Source: Oikopleura dioica (lineage: Eukaryota; Animalia; Chordata). Taken from it: DNA of 64,000 nt. The stretch is taken from contig OU015568.1 in the NCBI GenBank assembly GCA_907165135.1, positions 6,076,001-6,140,000 of the forward strand, in the 5' to 3' direction. Below, in pieces: positions 11,886-25,800 of the stretch. Below the pieces are notes generated by a model that had not been told where the DNA came from, did not search any database, and was given only the letters and a program-made list of their open reading frames with translations. Position 1 is the first letter of the stretch. The number at the start of each line of letters is the position of its first letter. The translations under genes and the position numbers were made by a program.

Positions 11886-13294
11886 TCAGTAGAGAAGAAA
11901 AAGTTGATAGAAAAAAGGACGAGAAGATACGAAAAGAGAAAGGCGAAGAGAGCATGTTGAATCTTGAATTTTTAGACGGAAGTTTAAAAAAGAAAAATGA
12001 TATAGTGCCGAAAGAATAAAAGTGCCGAGGTCGGACACAACAGAAACGATGACCGTTACGTCGTCCATTTTGCCGCCGGTGTAGTGGAAGCCGGCGCTTT
12101 TGGCGGCGAGCGCGAAGGGAGAAACGTACGATTTGTTGAGCGCGTTCTTGTGCGCGCGCGAGGCTAGGCACTTTGCCGTGCGCTCCAGGTCTGAAGAAGA
12201 GGAGTTAAAGGGTTGAAAGGGTTGAGGAGGCAGACCTTGAGTGTGGATTTGATCGGCGTGGGGAAGATACGAGAGTTCCTGGAGTAGCACTTCGTCGGGG
12301 ACGTTGTCGAACAGACCATCGGTAGCTGTGACGATTAGATCTCCCTGGAAAAAATTAGGTTAGTAGAGCAATTGATCAGAATACGTCGTAAACCCAGATT
12401 CACCGATTCAAAATCGCGTATTCAAGAAAAACATAAAACTTTTAACGGCGCGTCCAAAAGACAAACCACGGGACTTTCTATCTGTCTTGAAAACTTACCG
12501 GGTGCGTGACGAATTTCTTTTCGTGTGCATCAGACGGCATATCAGCGATAAATCGCAGACTTGGCGGCGCATAAGCCAGTTGCTTAAAAATCGTTTATGG
12601 AAAATTTTAACTGATTTCTGTACCTTTGGAATGTTAAACTTGTGCGTCTGTTTTTCACTCCTGTCTATGATTTCGCCGTTGCGGACAATTAGGTAGCCCG
12701 AGTCGCCGAGATTCGCCGTCGTCAGGATTCCCGTTTCCTGCTCGAAGGAGAGGATGCAAACTGTCGATGAACCCACGATTTGGAAGTTTTTCTTTTTGTT
12801 CAGCAACAAAAGCTGAAAGAAAAGTGTGCTCATTATCTTGTCTCTCATGGTTATTGAATACTTTCTGAGCATCAGCAGAATCTGAAGATTCTTTTCATGC
12901 ACTTACCTTATTGTAAGAGTCGTCGATGAGACGCATGGGATCCTCTTGCTTCTTGTTGGCCATATGATGGCCCATATCTTTGCAGATTCGCATCAGGGAG
13001 GAGGACTCCTCCTGGAGGAGAAGACGGAAGGATCGAACCCGCGATCCCGCCAGCCTCCCACGCCGTCAGCGATGCCGATGTAGTCTGAAACGTCGATGAG
13101 AAAGAGGTCAATCGGAGGGGCTTACCTTTTCTACGACTGTTGGTTAGAGCGAAGCAGGCATCCTCGCCGAACTTCTGAATGGTAGCCAGAGCGCTTTGTC
13201 CAGAAGTGCATCTGATGTTTTGCGACACTTTCGAGAAGCCAGCAGCTGCCCAGTTCAGTTGCGAAATCTTCACAATTATCGGTGGCAACGGGTC
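11886..13294 (-). pseudogene. PPTC7: Protein phosphatase PTC7 homolog, frameshifted by a 14-nt insertion
   Basis: FGEDACF, IGIADGVGGWR, ANLGDSGY, TDGLFDN and GGKMDDVTVIVSVV motifs. 14-nt insertion at ~12998-13020 and 12-nt insertion at ~12958-12978; no clear in-frame ATG after the upstream acceptor. Confidence 0.7.
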
Positions 13295-13389
13295 CTGAAA
13301 ATAAAATTGGTGAAAATGAATCAAAATCAAAATGGATCATCGATGTGTTTATGGGTGAATTTATTGACAGTTCTTTTTATTTTCAAAAA

Positions 13390-15379
13390 TCAGACAGTGT
13401 ATCTCGCGTCAAAGGGAGAAATGAGCCTTTCATATTTTATGCAGTCTTTGATCCACTTCGGTTTCGCCAAAATCAGCTTCTTGTTGCTCTTGTATTCGCT
13501 GATGCTTTCCTTCGATTCGCAAATTATGTGCGACAAGAAAGGTACTTCTTTTTTCTTAATGAGGTTTTTCAGCTTCCTTTCAAGGTTATTACGAGTACCT
13601 TGACTTTTCCTCCTCTTTCTCGAATCGCCGTGGCGATCTTTTTTCTATTCTTCAGCTTCTCGTCGACGATGAAAATGTAGGGCGCAAAAAGAAGCTCCTT
13701 TTCTTTGATTTTTGGGTCGAGCTCGAAGTCCTGCAGAGAAGAGTCCTCGTTGTTTTCCATCGTTTTCACCCACTTTCCCATTTTCGTCATCAGTTCACAA
13801 ATCACTAAAAATAAGTAGGAAACAATTTGATAATCCGACGAACCTTCAGTTGGAGCTTTCTTTTGAGCCTCCTCCCGTAGCTGCGGCTTCAGAATCCTCA
13901 CGTCCTCGAGCTCTTCCTCCGAATCCGGGATCGTCTCCACCACTTGCTCGCTCGTATCAGATCCACTTGTCCAGCCAGGATCACTTTCAACTTGCGGCTC
14001 TTCTGTTTCGCTTTCGTCTTCGTCCGAGCTGTTAACTGGCGCTAATGAAAACTCCTTCCAAGGCAGCTTTGTCCGCTGAGAAGATTGAGCGAAGACCCAT
14101 TCTTTTTTCATTATCTTTCCTCTTCCAAGGAACTGATTGTATTTCGGCGTCCCCGCGACCGAGCAAATCAGATGAGTGACTCTGCCAGTGACATCGCGCT
14201 CGTACTGGCCGCCCATGTTCAAAACTGCTTGTCGAATGTTTGATCGCTCCGGGTTAACGAAGCCGGACAAGGCAATCGTCATCCCCCTCATGATTTGATT
14301 GAACGGAAGCGCTGGAGCAGGCCTGGACGAAGTCTTCTGTTTTTTCGCAGGCGAGTCTTGAAAATTCGCAAATCTCTTTCTTGCCGCTTCTTTCTTTTTC
14401 TTCTCGTCTGCTTGGACGGTGTTCTTGATCATGTTTTGAAGCGCGGAGTTTGGAATGGTGCGAACTTGCGTCGTTCGCTGGATGATCGGAGAAGAGCGAT
14501 TCGAAGAAGAGGATGGCGATGTTATCGAAACTTGGGAAGACGTGGAGGGCTTCAAATGGGAATGCTTGTTTTTGAGAGTTTTGTTTCCCGCGTTCAAATC
14601 GTAGTTGATCTTCATTGGTCTTTTTGCCGGTTTTCAACTGTTTTCATTTATCAATGCTTTTAGGAATGAAAAACCAGAACCTGTCGTCGATGATTTTGTA
14701 GCTCTTGCTCGAAGTAGAGATTTCAACACTCGAAAGCGCAGATCTGTCGAGAAAGTCGTTTCCGTCGAACTCTTCTTTCGAACTTTTCTCTTCATTCTTC
14801 TTTCTCTCCGCTTCTTCTTCCTTCAGTCTCTTCAGAGCATTCAGCTGTTTCTGGCGAATCTTGCTTTCCTGATTCACAGTCCGCGAAGCTGGGATTTCGC
14901 TACGGCAGACGATGAATGTGATTCCGTACGGTTTCGTTTTGACGTGCGGCTGGGCGATGTTTAGGCGCAGTTTGTCCCATTTTTTGTCGCGATTCGCTTT
15001 CAGGAAATCGTAGTTGGTCGATAAATGCACTTTGCGCTCGTTCATTCGGTTCCGGCAGTCGACTGGGCTCATGAAAGTGCCGGACAGAAACGCGAACCAC
15101 TGACGTCATTGAATGAAATAAAAAAAAGAAGAGTAGTACCTGATTTGGCTCGTTTTCGTGGCCAACTTCGACTTCAAAAGTCGCCGATCCGGCGTTTCCA
15201 ATGTCGATTGCTTGAATTTTGAACTCTTTCTTGAACTTGATCTCGACATGGCCTTCTCGATCGGCAGCAGGAACCAGCCAAGCTTGTCGCTTTTGAAAGT
15301 CGATTAGATTTTCCGCTGGATACTTTGGCGCCACTTCGTTCGAGCGATCCAGAATTTCTGAATACTCGATTTCGCCCAT
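13390..15379 (-). CDS. XRCC1: DNA repair protein XRCC1
   Basis: N-terminal domain (AENL..IDIGNAGSATFEVEVG..FMSP..KKWDKLR), BRCT1 (ALSGFVNPERSNIRQ..THLIC..TPKYNQ..KEWV) and a C-terminal BRCT (KPKWIKDC). Confidence 0.93.
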
Positions 15380-15546
15380 TTCATTCTTTTCTGAAAATCA
15401 GACATGCTTTTTTTTGATTGTTTTTTCAGTATAAAAGAAGAATTTAGAGTTTTGTCTTGACGGCTCTACAAAAAAGAAGGTTAGAAAAATAGACGATGGT
15501 GCTTAGAAATGTCAAAGAGAGGTGCTATGAAGTTTGAAAAATACAG

Positions 15547-16040
15547 TTAGTCGTTGAATTGCTGCAAAATGATATTCTGGCTTTGCTCGATCCTCTTGAG
15601 AGCGTCGTGTTCAGCTCGGAGTCGCTCTGCTTGCAGCTTTTGTTCTTCGATTTTCTCGAGCAAGGCTATCTGAATTTTGAAATCGATTCTTGGTCTACTA
15701 GCTCGTCGGTTCTTACCTTTTCGAGTTCGGCCTCTCGTGTGACTGCTTGTAATTTGGCGCGAGCAGCGATCGCGATCAGTTTTCGTTGCTTCACTTGCTC
15801 GGCTAGCTTTGCTGACTCTTCGGAAAAGTCTTTGAGAATTCGCTGGAGGTCCTGGACGTCCATCACGAATCTGTCGGTGCAGGTCTTTGCGTTCTCTAAA
15901 GAAAAAATCAGATATGGCAGAAACATGAGGACCTTACGGGCGGAATCAGCTGATTTAGAATCAACGACTCGAATTTGCGAGATGTCGTCCATGAAGAGCC
16001 CATAGCTCTCGAGAATGGCTTTTGAATCGATCTCTTCCAT
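15547..16040 (-). CDS. IFT20: Intraflagellar transport protein 20
   Basis: ESYGLFMDDISQIRVVD..KLIAIAARAKL..AERLRAEHDALKRIEQSQNIILQQF* parallels IFT20; two very short introns. Confidence 0.85.
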
Positions 16041-16182
16041 GATTTCTTAACTAAACCCGACGTTTTTCGGTGATGATTTGGTGAAACAAGCAAGTAGTTG
16101 AACTCTCGAATTAAGGATTTACGGAAGGAAAAACATGAAAGGGCAATTGAAATTGAAAATTGAAGCGGAAATCACAGGTAAA

Positions 16183-17937
16183 TTAACAGGATAGAACTTT
16201 CGACGTTAGGACTGCTTTTGCGACTAAAAAAAAATCGTTTAAAAGCCGAATAACTTTTTTAAAACCTGAAATAGCTTGAAGAGTTTCAAGATAACATCTG
16301 CTCTCGTCAAGCCAGGGCTGAAATATCCTCCTCAGCTCGCCAGAAGATTGATTCATGATTTTCACCGCTGTTTCGACATCGTCTTTTTGAAGGGCGAAAA
16401 GAAAGCCGGAGAGAAGTTGGTCTACTTCGGAGAAACCGGATTTCCGCAAGTATTCGCTCATTTCCGCTGGTTTCGACCAGCTGTAGAATTTCGATCGCAA
16501 GAAAGAAAGATTCTCGGCGAGAATTCCGTGGTTCTCCGCGTTTATCAATCCTACCAAATTGAATCTTTATAACCAAAAGGCTCTTCAATAGAGACGAAAA
16601 TTTTTACCTTTTTCCCGCGCCAAAGAGGCCATTTTTTCAACGACTTCTTTTGACTCTGTTGAAATCGGATTAAAAACGCTTTTTCTTTGAAGAGAGACTC
16701 TATCAGTCACTTCAGAAATCGAGAAGACTTCAGAGAGTCGATATCCCAAACACGGAGCGACGGAAATCGAAGGCAAGGAAGAGTTTAGCAGTTTTTCTTC
16801 CAAGTCACTCAGTTCTCGCAGCAGTCTTTGGAGATAAACGTGCCTTTGGGTGGAATATAACTCGCTGAGCCACACTTCTGAAGCTGGAAGATATTTTTCC
16901 TTGGCGGCTGCGTCTTCTGCTGCTGCGGATTCCAGAGCTGCAGAGAGTTTTTCACTTTCGCCAAGAACTTGAAAATAACTAAAAGAAGAAGCGCTTTGGC
17001 TACAAACCTGAAAGTTTTAATTGAAGGTTTTTCATCGCAACAATTTCAAGATCTGCATTCATCTTCTCTTCCAATTCTTGCGAAAATTGTGCTCTTTGAA
17101 GCTCCAGCTGCGAATTCAAACACTCGATCCGCTCCCTCAAATTCTCCAGAAACTTCTCGCCCAATTCCTCTTCGAATTCCTCCTTCACCTCTTCGTACAG
17201 TGCTTTTACTGACTCATCGAATCGCTTCTCCAGCTGGGTCAGCTTAAGATCATACTCGGCCTTGACGCGTGCTTGGGCGGCTGGAAGATTGGCGCTTCTG
17301 TGTCGCTCGATGTAATCGTTCTCGCCGCTTTTTAGCTCGTCCAGTTGCTTTTTCAATTTGTTTTTGTAAAAGAACATCGAGCAGACTACGTTGTCCAGTT
17401 CTAGCGAAGAGAAAGAGTCGTCCTCGAAAGCGCCAAGAGCATCTTTTGGAATCGAATCTGAATTCGTCCTCAATCCCCCATTTTTGTCAAAGCAAACTTA
17501 CCATTTCGCAAGTCGATTAACGCCGAAAGCTTTCCTTTAATCGACTGCAGCTTTTCAGCACGATCTTGAAGAGCTTCAACTCCTTCGAGATCTTCAAGAC
17601 AAGCAGCGCTGTTTTGCGAGGCCTCCAGTGTCACTTCGACGTTTTGAATGATTTGCTCGACTTCTTCGAGTTTCTGGAAGAGCGCCCACTGGAGGGAGAG
17701 CTGGTCTTCGGCAGATTTAAGGGATGTGTTCATGGACTTGTACTGCAGCTTGCAAAGTTGGGAGAAAGACGAGTTCAGTTCCTCCATCGCCATTCTCGTC
17801 GTTTGCAAAAGCGTCTCGATGTGAGAAGCGGATTCTCTTTCTTCGTCTTTAGCAGCTACGGTAACTGTTCGCTTGCTCGCCAAAAAGGAGCCCGCCGCAG
17901 CGAGTGAAAGAGGTTTTACGATTCGATATTTCCACAT
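16183..17937 (-). CDS. IMMT: Mitofilin / MICOS subunit MIC60
   Basis: N-terminal targeting-like sequence, long coiled coils, and C-terminal mitofilin motif DDVETAVKIMNQSSGELRRIFQPWLDESRCYLETLQ. Confidence 0.8.
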
Positions 17938-18134
17938 TCAGTCCTGAATGAAACAAATTCAAATTCAGCCGACTCAAGTTTTATTAGATTATTTTTGATA
18001 ATTACAGTTTCAAAATTTGTACATTTTTTGAAGGATCAGAATAGCTTTATCATATTTTTGTAGGATTTTACGTAGCTGGCGGCAGTTTTCAGTTTCCAAG
18101 ACATATTCTGAAGTCTATTTGAAAACAAAGAAAT

Positions 18135-19847
18135 CTAAGCTCGAGCTACCATTTTACTATTTTGCCTCTCTCGAGCAGCAATGAGCAAACTATCCACGTC
18201 TGTACTTGGCCCGAGAACGGCCACAGCCGGGTCAGATTCTAGTAGCTTCTTTGCCATTCTTTTAACGTCCTCGATGGTAACTTTGTCGATTTGCTTCACG
18301 ATTTGATTTGGATTCTGAGGCGCGCCAAGAGCGACCGTGTCTTTCGCGAAGATTTCCATCATTTCCGCCTTGATCTCCAAGTCGCGCAAATATGAATTCA
18401 GGAGCTGGTTTTTCGACTGCATCAGTCCTGGAGAACGCATCCAGCCATCGTAAGAGCCCTCAACAAAGAATAAGGGCTTACGCTAAAAATCCACTTATCC
18501 TTACCTTCGATATCCTTTCCAGCATCAGAATACCATTATTAACGGCCAGTTGTTCGCAATTGTCGCCTCCTTGGCCGAAAATAATAAAACTGCCCGCATC
18601 CTCAAACTCTTTATAAATCGCCTTGAAGTGGTTCCACAAGTTCTGCTCCATCGGATTCGCCAAGATCTGCGTGCACAAGAGACTGGTGATTCCTTTCCCC
18701 GGGCCGCCCGATTCGAAGTAGCTTTGGCCGCCCAGCATGGCGCGTAATACGTGGCAGGTGTAGCGATCTGGGTCGTTGATACTCGGAGCTTCCCAGGCGA
18801 TTGAAGAGTAAGTTTGTGAATTGCTCTCGTCGCCGAGAATCGAGAACGAAGATGAACCAGAAATCAAGTGCGCCGCTCCACCCGTCCAAACTGCCGGTTC
18901 GGATGAAAGACTGAATATTTAATTCGCACGATAAATAATCTGGACAGTTTACCTTGATTGAGAAATCCCAAAAGACGGATCTACGGCCAAAGAAAGAAGC
19001 GGCTTGACTGATTCGACAAGCTCTTCCATTTCCATTCCCACGGCCACAATGACGGGGTCTTTTCGGAAGTAATTTTGGCTTCGAAAATCAGCGATCTCTC
19101 TAGCTATTTTCAGGCTAGAGCCAGGAATTCTCTCGTGCATGCTTCGCTTGATTCCAAGACCACGAGTCGAGTGATTGAAGCCTGCATGAATAGCCAACTC
19201 GCAAATTTCATTAACTCGGACAGCTTCAAATTCGTTATGCTTTAGTTCATTTTCCACCGAAGCCAGGGCTTCTTCAATGCAGTTCTCAGTGAGCATCGGT
19301 TGAAATGCCGTGTCGAAGAGCACTTTGATTCCCTCTGAAATGTGCTTGTTCATGATGGACAAGGCGTAGATCGTCGTTTCATGGTCGCTTTGAGCGTCGA
19401 AAATTGCCCCGCATTTGTCCAGATAATCCTGTTTTCAAGGTTTAGAAATCATTGAAATCAAGAAAGAGAATCCAAAAGATTGAATTTTAAAGTTTTGACC
19501 CGTTCCCGAATTTCATTTCTACTTTCAAAAGAGCTGCATTTCCCAAAAGCGAGTGCTTGGTCAAGATGACTGATTCCAGGAGAAAAGGCGCCAGTATGCC
19601 TCGATCCCGCGGCAAAACACAATCCAACAGTCGTGTGAGTTCCATGTCGAGACGGGCGCGTGACCAGAGTCAAAGAGCGAAATTCGTCAATGGGAATCTT
19701 TTTGATTTCGGTCTTGAAGGGGTCTTTATTGAGTTCGACGAAGGACTCGTTTTCAAACTTCGCCAAAGAGGGAGATCGGAGGGCTACTCGATTGTTCCTG
19801 CGACTACTCCGCGAAAGAAAAGACGAAAAAACGCGACTTCGAATCAT
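18135..19847 (-). CDS. PMPCA: Mitochondrial processing peptidase alpha-like, copy 1
   Basis: M16 features AGSRH..GISHLDQALAF, LDKCGAIFDAQSDHETTIYA, and Gly loop LGGQSYFESGGPGKGITSLL. Confidence 0.8.
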
Positions 19848-19975
19848 CTTTTTCTGAAAGAAGATTCATCAGAAGATAAGTGGAATTGGTGAAAGGTGTA
19901 TTTGACGAGGAAAAAAGTTTGAACAAGTAGAAACGTCGTTTAGGTAATAAATCGTTTTGACAGTGGTTTGGGAAA

Positions 19976-22715
19976 TTACGCAGCAGCGGTTTCAGCAACC
20001 GGCTGGTCTTCGGGTTGATAGACAGAGGCTGCGTTTTCCGGACTCAGGAGTTGATCCCAGTCGACATTGACGCTCATGACCTCCTTTTCAAGCCAAGCTT
20101 TGTAGCGACTCCCGAAATTCGGCGGCAGGCGAATCTTGAAATCTGATTTGAAAATATTTGCGGGCTTAAAAATGTAACCTCATTGAACTTGGCGATGTGT
20201 CCAGTTTTGGTCCACTCCTGATCTTCGGGGAGGTAAACTATTCTGTTGAAGGAGGAGCAGGTCTGCGTGATTTTATTCTCCTCTTGAACTGAAGACTCCT
20301 TGTCCGGCTCTGCGTTGAAGAAAGCCCAGTCGTCTGTCAAATGATGGCGCACCATGCTGAAATTATCGAAATTGTTTCAAAAATCCAAAAACCCAAATAC
20401 CCGTAAATTCCGGAAACCACGTCCATATTATTTTTCCTCCACTGTCTTCCCAAAAATCGCGCGTGAAGCTTGATGACTTTCAAAACGTAGAGTTGGAAAA
20501 CACCGTGTTTGACCAAAAGCGTCTTTTTGAAAATGTTGGTGGCTTTGTACTTGACCAGCCAAATGACGCGCCAAGGCTTTCCTTTCATGATTTTGACGAG
20601 TATTCCCAGGAAACAAATTGAAGAGAACATGTTTCGCCAGCAGTAGGGCATCTGCTCCTCTGTCGCTCGTTCTATCAGTGCTTGGATGATTGGCAGCCCT
20701 AGAAATTGCTCCTTTTTTAAGGCGAAAGACGGTCAATTACCTCGAATAGCATTTCGCAAGTCTAGCTTTGGAATTTGATTTCTTTGAGTTACGAAGACCG
20801 TCATGTTCTGGTTGAAAAACTTGGCGATTAGCGGAAAGCAGTTGGAGCCGTACAAGTGATGGGAAAGATATTCAAATTGGTGGACGTGGTTGACTTTGAG
20901 ATGCTTCATCAAAAGCAGGATAAATCCAGAGATTGCTTTTGTCACGATTTCTTTGTGGCGGCTGACGTCGAGTCCGATCAGCATGACAGGAAGTTTGAAG
21001 AGCTGCGTTCCTTCTTTTTTGGGTTGAGAATGAATTTATAACAGTAATTGCTGCCCGATTTCTAAAGCTTGTGAACCCTTCCTAATTGAATAGAATGCGG
21101 CCCCATCTGATCCTGCATGAATATATCGCTTTTATTCGCAGTCGGCGCCGCTGCCAGCAATAATTTCAACAGCGAAATCACGTACATCGATAGATTCTGC
21201 CAGATCCGCTCGTACAACTTCTCGATCGAAGAAGTTTCCTTTTTGTACGGTTTCGTAAGTTGGTGTTTCTCCGTTTCAGCCCATTTTTCACGCTGGACAT
21301 CGGCAAGGCTTTTATAAATGTATTTGTCCATGATTTTCATGCTGTTCTGGATCGGTTTCGGCAGTCCGAAGCGATTCTGAACCGCGGCGAGCATTTGCGC
21401 CTCTGTTTTTGGATATTTGAAGCTGTAGTCGAGGTATTTCGAGCGCGCCATTCGGATGAAGTCGTCCATCTCGCTCAGCGTCACTTTCGGCTTCCAGGGA
21501 AGATAAGGATACGTCCACGTGGCCAGAGGACTGTCAAAGCTCGGGCCTAGAGAGCTCTCCGACTCTCTGGACGGGCTGGTCGGCCGCGAAGACGTCAAAC
21601 TCGGCCTTCTGGAGCCGCGACCGAGCGTGGGAGCGGGAGTAGACGGCCTATTCTCCGGATTTTCGTCATCCAAATTGTCGAATTCGTCTTCCAGCTCGCT
21701 TGTATTCCGCTTTTGATTTCGCTGAAGCTTGGGTCTGTGCTGCGGGCCGTTGTAGTCAATCTGCCCTTCCGCCATGTTCATCACCATTGTGTCGATGTGA
21801 GTCGTCACTGGCGTCAGTTCTCGCATGATTTCAGCAGGATTCTCGATCTCCGGAAGTCCTGCTTCTCGCCGCTTTCCGTTTTTATTCTTGTGAGCTTCGT
21901 TCAATCCACCGAAAGTCGCCAATGTTAATTTCCACATCAGAAGGACAGCTTTTTTTCATCGGAATTACAGGAGCTAAAAATTGCAAATGAACAAGTGGAT
22001 TATCGATTCATCAGCTCTTACCTAACGACGACGAGTTAACATCGACCAGAATCATCAACAAATCGTCGATGTACTCGACCGAGTGTTGCAAACTCTCCTT
22101 GAAAGAAAAGTGCACTTTCTGCCACTCTTCGCTGTCCGACGGCGCCGGCGGTCTTCTCAAAATTTCCACGATCGTGTAAACCACCGAAAAGAGCAGTCGA
22201 ATGAGCACTTGATGTCCTGAGTCGTCCTCCATTGGTGCTTTCAAAATATCCTTGCACTCGGCGAGCAGGAGGCGCATGAACTTGTGAAAGTAGTCCAACT
22301 TGGTCAGATGGTAGCTGCAGTTGCGGATTTCGTGGATCAGCTCCGCGTCCAGTTCTTTTTGCTCTTCCGGCGAGACGTCTTTCTGCGGATTGTCGATCGT
22401 CTCGTTTCGCATTTCCAGAGTGGTTCCTCCTTGAAGCCCGCAAAGAAGAACTCGGCATCCTTTGATCTGAACTTCGACGTCGTCGCTGCCGAGCATCGTC
22501 GCCGCCGCAATCCAGTACTCGTCCGAACCAAAGACATGCTGTTCTTGAAGCTCCTCGGCGGCTTTTCGGTTCAAAGTGAAATCCGTGCATTCGACATAAG
22601 CGTACTGCTCTTCTATCTCCACCAGCAGACTGTCACTATCGGCGAACTCGAAATCCATCTGGTTCGGAATTCCAGTGTATCCCGGCATCGCGATTTCTCG
22701 AACCCGATTTCTCAA
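19976..22715 (-). CDS. STRIP1: Striatin-interacting protein (FAM40/STRIP)
   Basis: DFEFADSDSLLVEIEEQYAYVE, LDVSRHKEIVTKAISGFILLLMKHLKVNHVHQFEYLSHHL, RHHLTDDWAF and WLEKEVMSVNVDWDQLL*. Confidence 0.9.
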
Positions 22716-22839
22716 AAATCTTCTAAAAAACTCGCTCTCAGAAGAAAACTATAATATGAATTGTTTGGATAGCAGCTTGGATTGAAGAACTTTCAGTACT
22801 CGTAAGTTTTATCGCCTATTCTGACATATTGCTTGCCAA

Positions 22840-25800
22840 TTAGAGGTTGGTTATTGAACTGCGCCATGCACACTTTTTGGTGCAGATCTGAATCATCCCC
22901 CCGTACTTAATTTTATTTAATAAAGAAATCTTGCTTTGAAAATACCTTTCTCCGAGAATAGAAATTGCAGGTATACTAGTGTTGATCATTTTAGCGGCTA
23001 AATTTGAAACATCCTTCTTCGTCACTTTCGCCACTTCTTGATAGAACTCCTCTGGCCTCTGAGGATGTCCGTAAACGAGAGCTTCGCGGGCGAAATCTTC
23101 CATCATTTGAGCTTTTACTTCCAAGTGGCGCATATTGCTCATTGTCCACTGGTTGATCGCCGTCTGCAGCTGCGCTTCTGTGAAATTTCCCTGAAACGGT
23201 AGTTAAGGCTAGCTGTTAGAAATATGGCTTGCATGCCATCTGCATGCTCAAGAGGCGCTAGAAAAATCGGAATAAATAGAAACAAGAATCAAAAACTTTG
23301 TCTAAATCTAATATGAAATGAAAATACAATTCGCTTAATTCCGGACTATGTTATTCTTTATGAAATGGAGCGCCAAAATGGCCTGGTTTTTTCCAATTAT
23401 AGCATGGTATCTTTTAAGAAAACTCACATTTTCCAACTGTTTCATCACATTAATACACGTCTGATATCCTTGCTTAATATTTTCCTTCTGGCACATTCCA
23501 TAAATTCCAAATATTCCAGAGTCTTCGAACTCTCGATAAAACGCCTAAAAGCATTCATAAAAAACCACAGTGAAAGAAAAACCTTGAAAGCTGAGAAATT
23601 CTGTCCAACGAGCGAGCCCAAAACTCTGTAAAGAATCGTAGTCAATCCTTTTCCAGCGCCGCCGGATTCGAAGCTTCTGCCTCCTCCAAGAAGAGCTCGG
23701 AGAACATGAGCAGTTGCTCGGTCTTTGCTGTTGTAACTTGGCGCTTCCCAGGACATACTGAATTGCTTCGTTAGTTCACGAATGATCGAAAAAGAGGCTT
23801 ACCAAAAATAAGACTCGCTGATTTCTTCTCCAATCGAAAACGAATTGACGGCCTCTTCGTTTTGGTGAACAAAGCCTCCAGTCCACTGCGACAAATACTC
23901 CTTCCTTTCTTCTTTCGTTGTTTCTCCCCAAGTCGGATTTTCCATCAAATGAATATTCTTCGAAACAGCATTTTCCAGCTCGTCGGGAGTGACTCCAATT
24001 CCAACGAAGGAAGGAGGCGTCTGAAGATAGCTTCCTTTTCGGTGCTGAAGCAGGTGCTCTCCCCAGATTTGAATAGTCTCGGCATTGGTGCATTCGGCGA
24101 TCGATTCTTCTGGCATCATTCGTTTTAGTCCGATTGTATTACCTCTTATTGGGATCTTAGATTCGTTAGACTCCCTCGTCCCCTAAGGTCACTTGCTTAT
24201 CTAGATCGAGCTTTGCTCGGTCGCCGCCGTGTATTTCTCTTCATTCGGTAATTCACGCAGTTCGTGAATTAACCTCTATTTTACTCCAGCTCGAAATACA
24301 GACGTCAAAGATACTTTACTCGTTTTCTTCACTCGTCCAGATATAGAGAGCAGGCAAACTACGCTAGAAGTGGGAGATTCAGCAGAAGCTAGGATCCCTT
24401 CAGTGGTATCAGAGTAGTCCCGTTGGAGAAAAGGTAAATTTTCCGCCATCGACAACCGAAGTTTCGCAACTTGGACGCTGATTGGCCGTCAGCGGAGTCG
24501 AGGGGAACCGAATCACCAACCGCCACCGCGCCGCCGGAGAAACTCCACTCAGAGAATTTTCCGCGCCGCACCACACCAACACCACCCCGAGCGAGCGCCA
24601 CCACACGAGCGCCACCACGACCCACGCGCCGAAAGTCGCGCCCACGCAACCACGCACGCACGCCGGGGAAAACCTAAAATACTGAGAAAACATAATTCTT
24701 TCGCCACTTTTCACCAAAAATCGAGAGAAGTTTACGAAGAATCGACCCTTGGACCAGACCTTGAAATTTCGACAATCGCTGGACAGAGAAATCGTCGGGC
24801 GTTTGCGCAAAAGGCACCTCAGCTCATCATATTGCGACTTTTAGTCGCAGTATTTTCTGAGGGCCTGAAAGGTAATCCAAGGCCCATAAACCCTTACTGC
24901 CGATATATTTCGAGCTATGGCGGCGAACAAATCACTGCTAGAAACCGTCACCGAAATAAGAAGCATAAACGATCGAGTAAACTACCTCGAAGAACAAGTG
25001 CGAAATGACGAATCACTAAAGCCAAGCCTAGAGCCCTTGATCACAGAAAGCAGAGTAAAATTAGAACAGCTCAGTACAACGCTTCTTACCTGCGAGCTCG
25101 ATCAAGGAAAAGACTCTACGAATGCGACAATGAGAGAAGAAGCATGGGTGGCCACTACCTGGTCTCGTCACGTCCAAGACTTGCCGAAGCTGGACGCCGC
25201 ATGCAACACATCTTTCAACACCTTCTTGGGCAGAGCCGACATTTATCACCGCGCCTACGTCCGCGACAGACCTTCACGTGAACAGCCTTTCATCGCAGCA
25301 GTGTACAGCCACTTCGACTTGAACATCGAACGCTCACTTGGAACCGAATTTCTGAATTGTCAAGACTGGAAATCGGCCAAGGCGCTGCTAGAGAAATCAT
25401 TCGCCGCGAAGAGTCACTACTTACTGAAGCTAAGCGAAGTTTTCGACGTCGAATACGACCATTCGAAGCCGTTTGCACACTACACCGCCAACGTCTTGCA
25501 AAAGATGAACGAGGCGAAGCAAGCGACTTTGAACTCTTACCGACAAGAGAAGTCAGCCGACGCCGGGGTCGATGAAATATTTGACATATTCTCGACGATG
25601 ATGCTGTACTTGAATCTTAGGAAAGAAGAACCAGACGTTTTCAACGCAATCCTTCCAAGCCTATCAAAAGTTTACGATATCAACGAACTCTGCCGTCTCG
25701 CCCAATCCACAAGACAGAATCGAGTTGACAGCGCGACCGTCTCCCAGCACTTCAACAGAAATAAGAACAAAAAGAAGAAGAATGCTAAGCGCGCCAGCAA

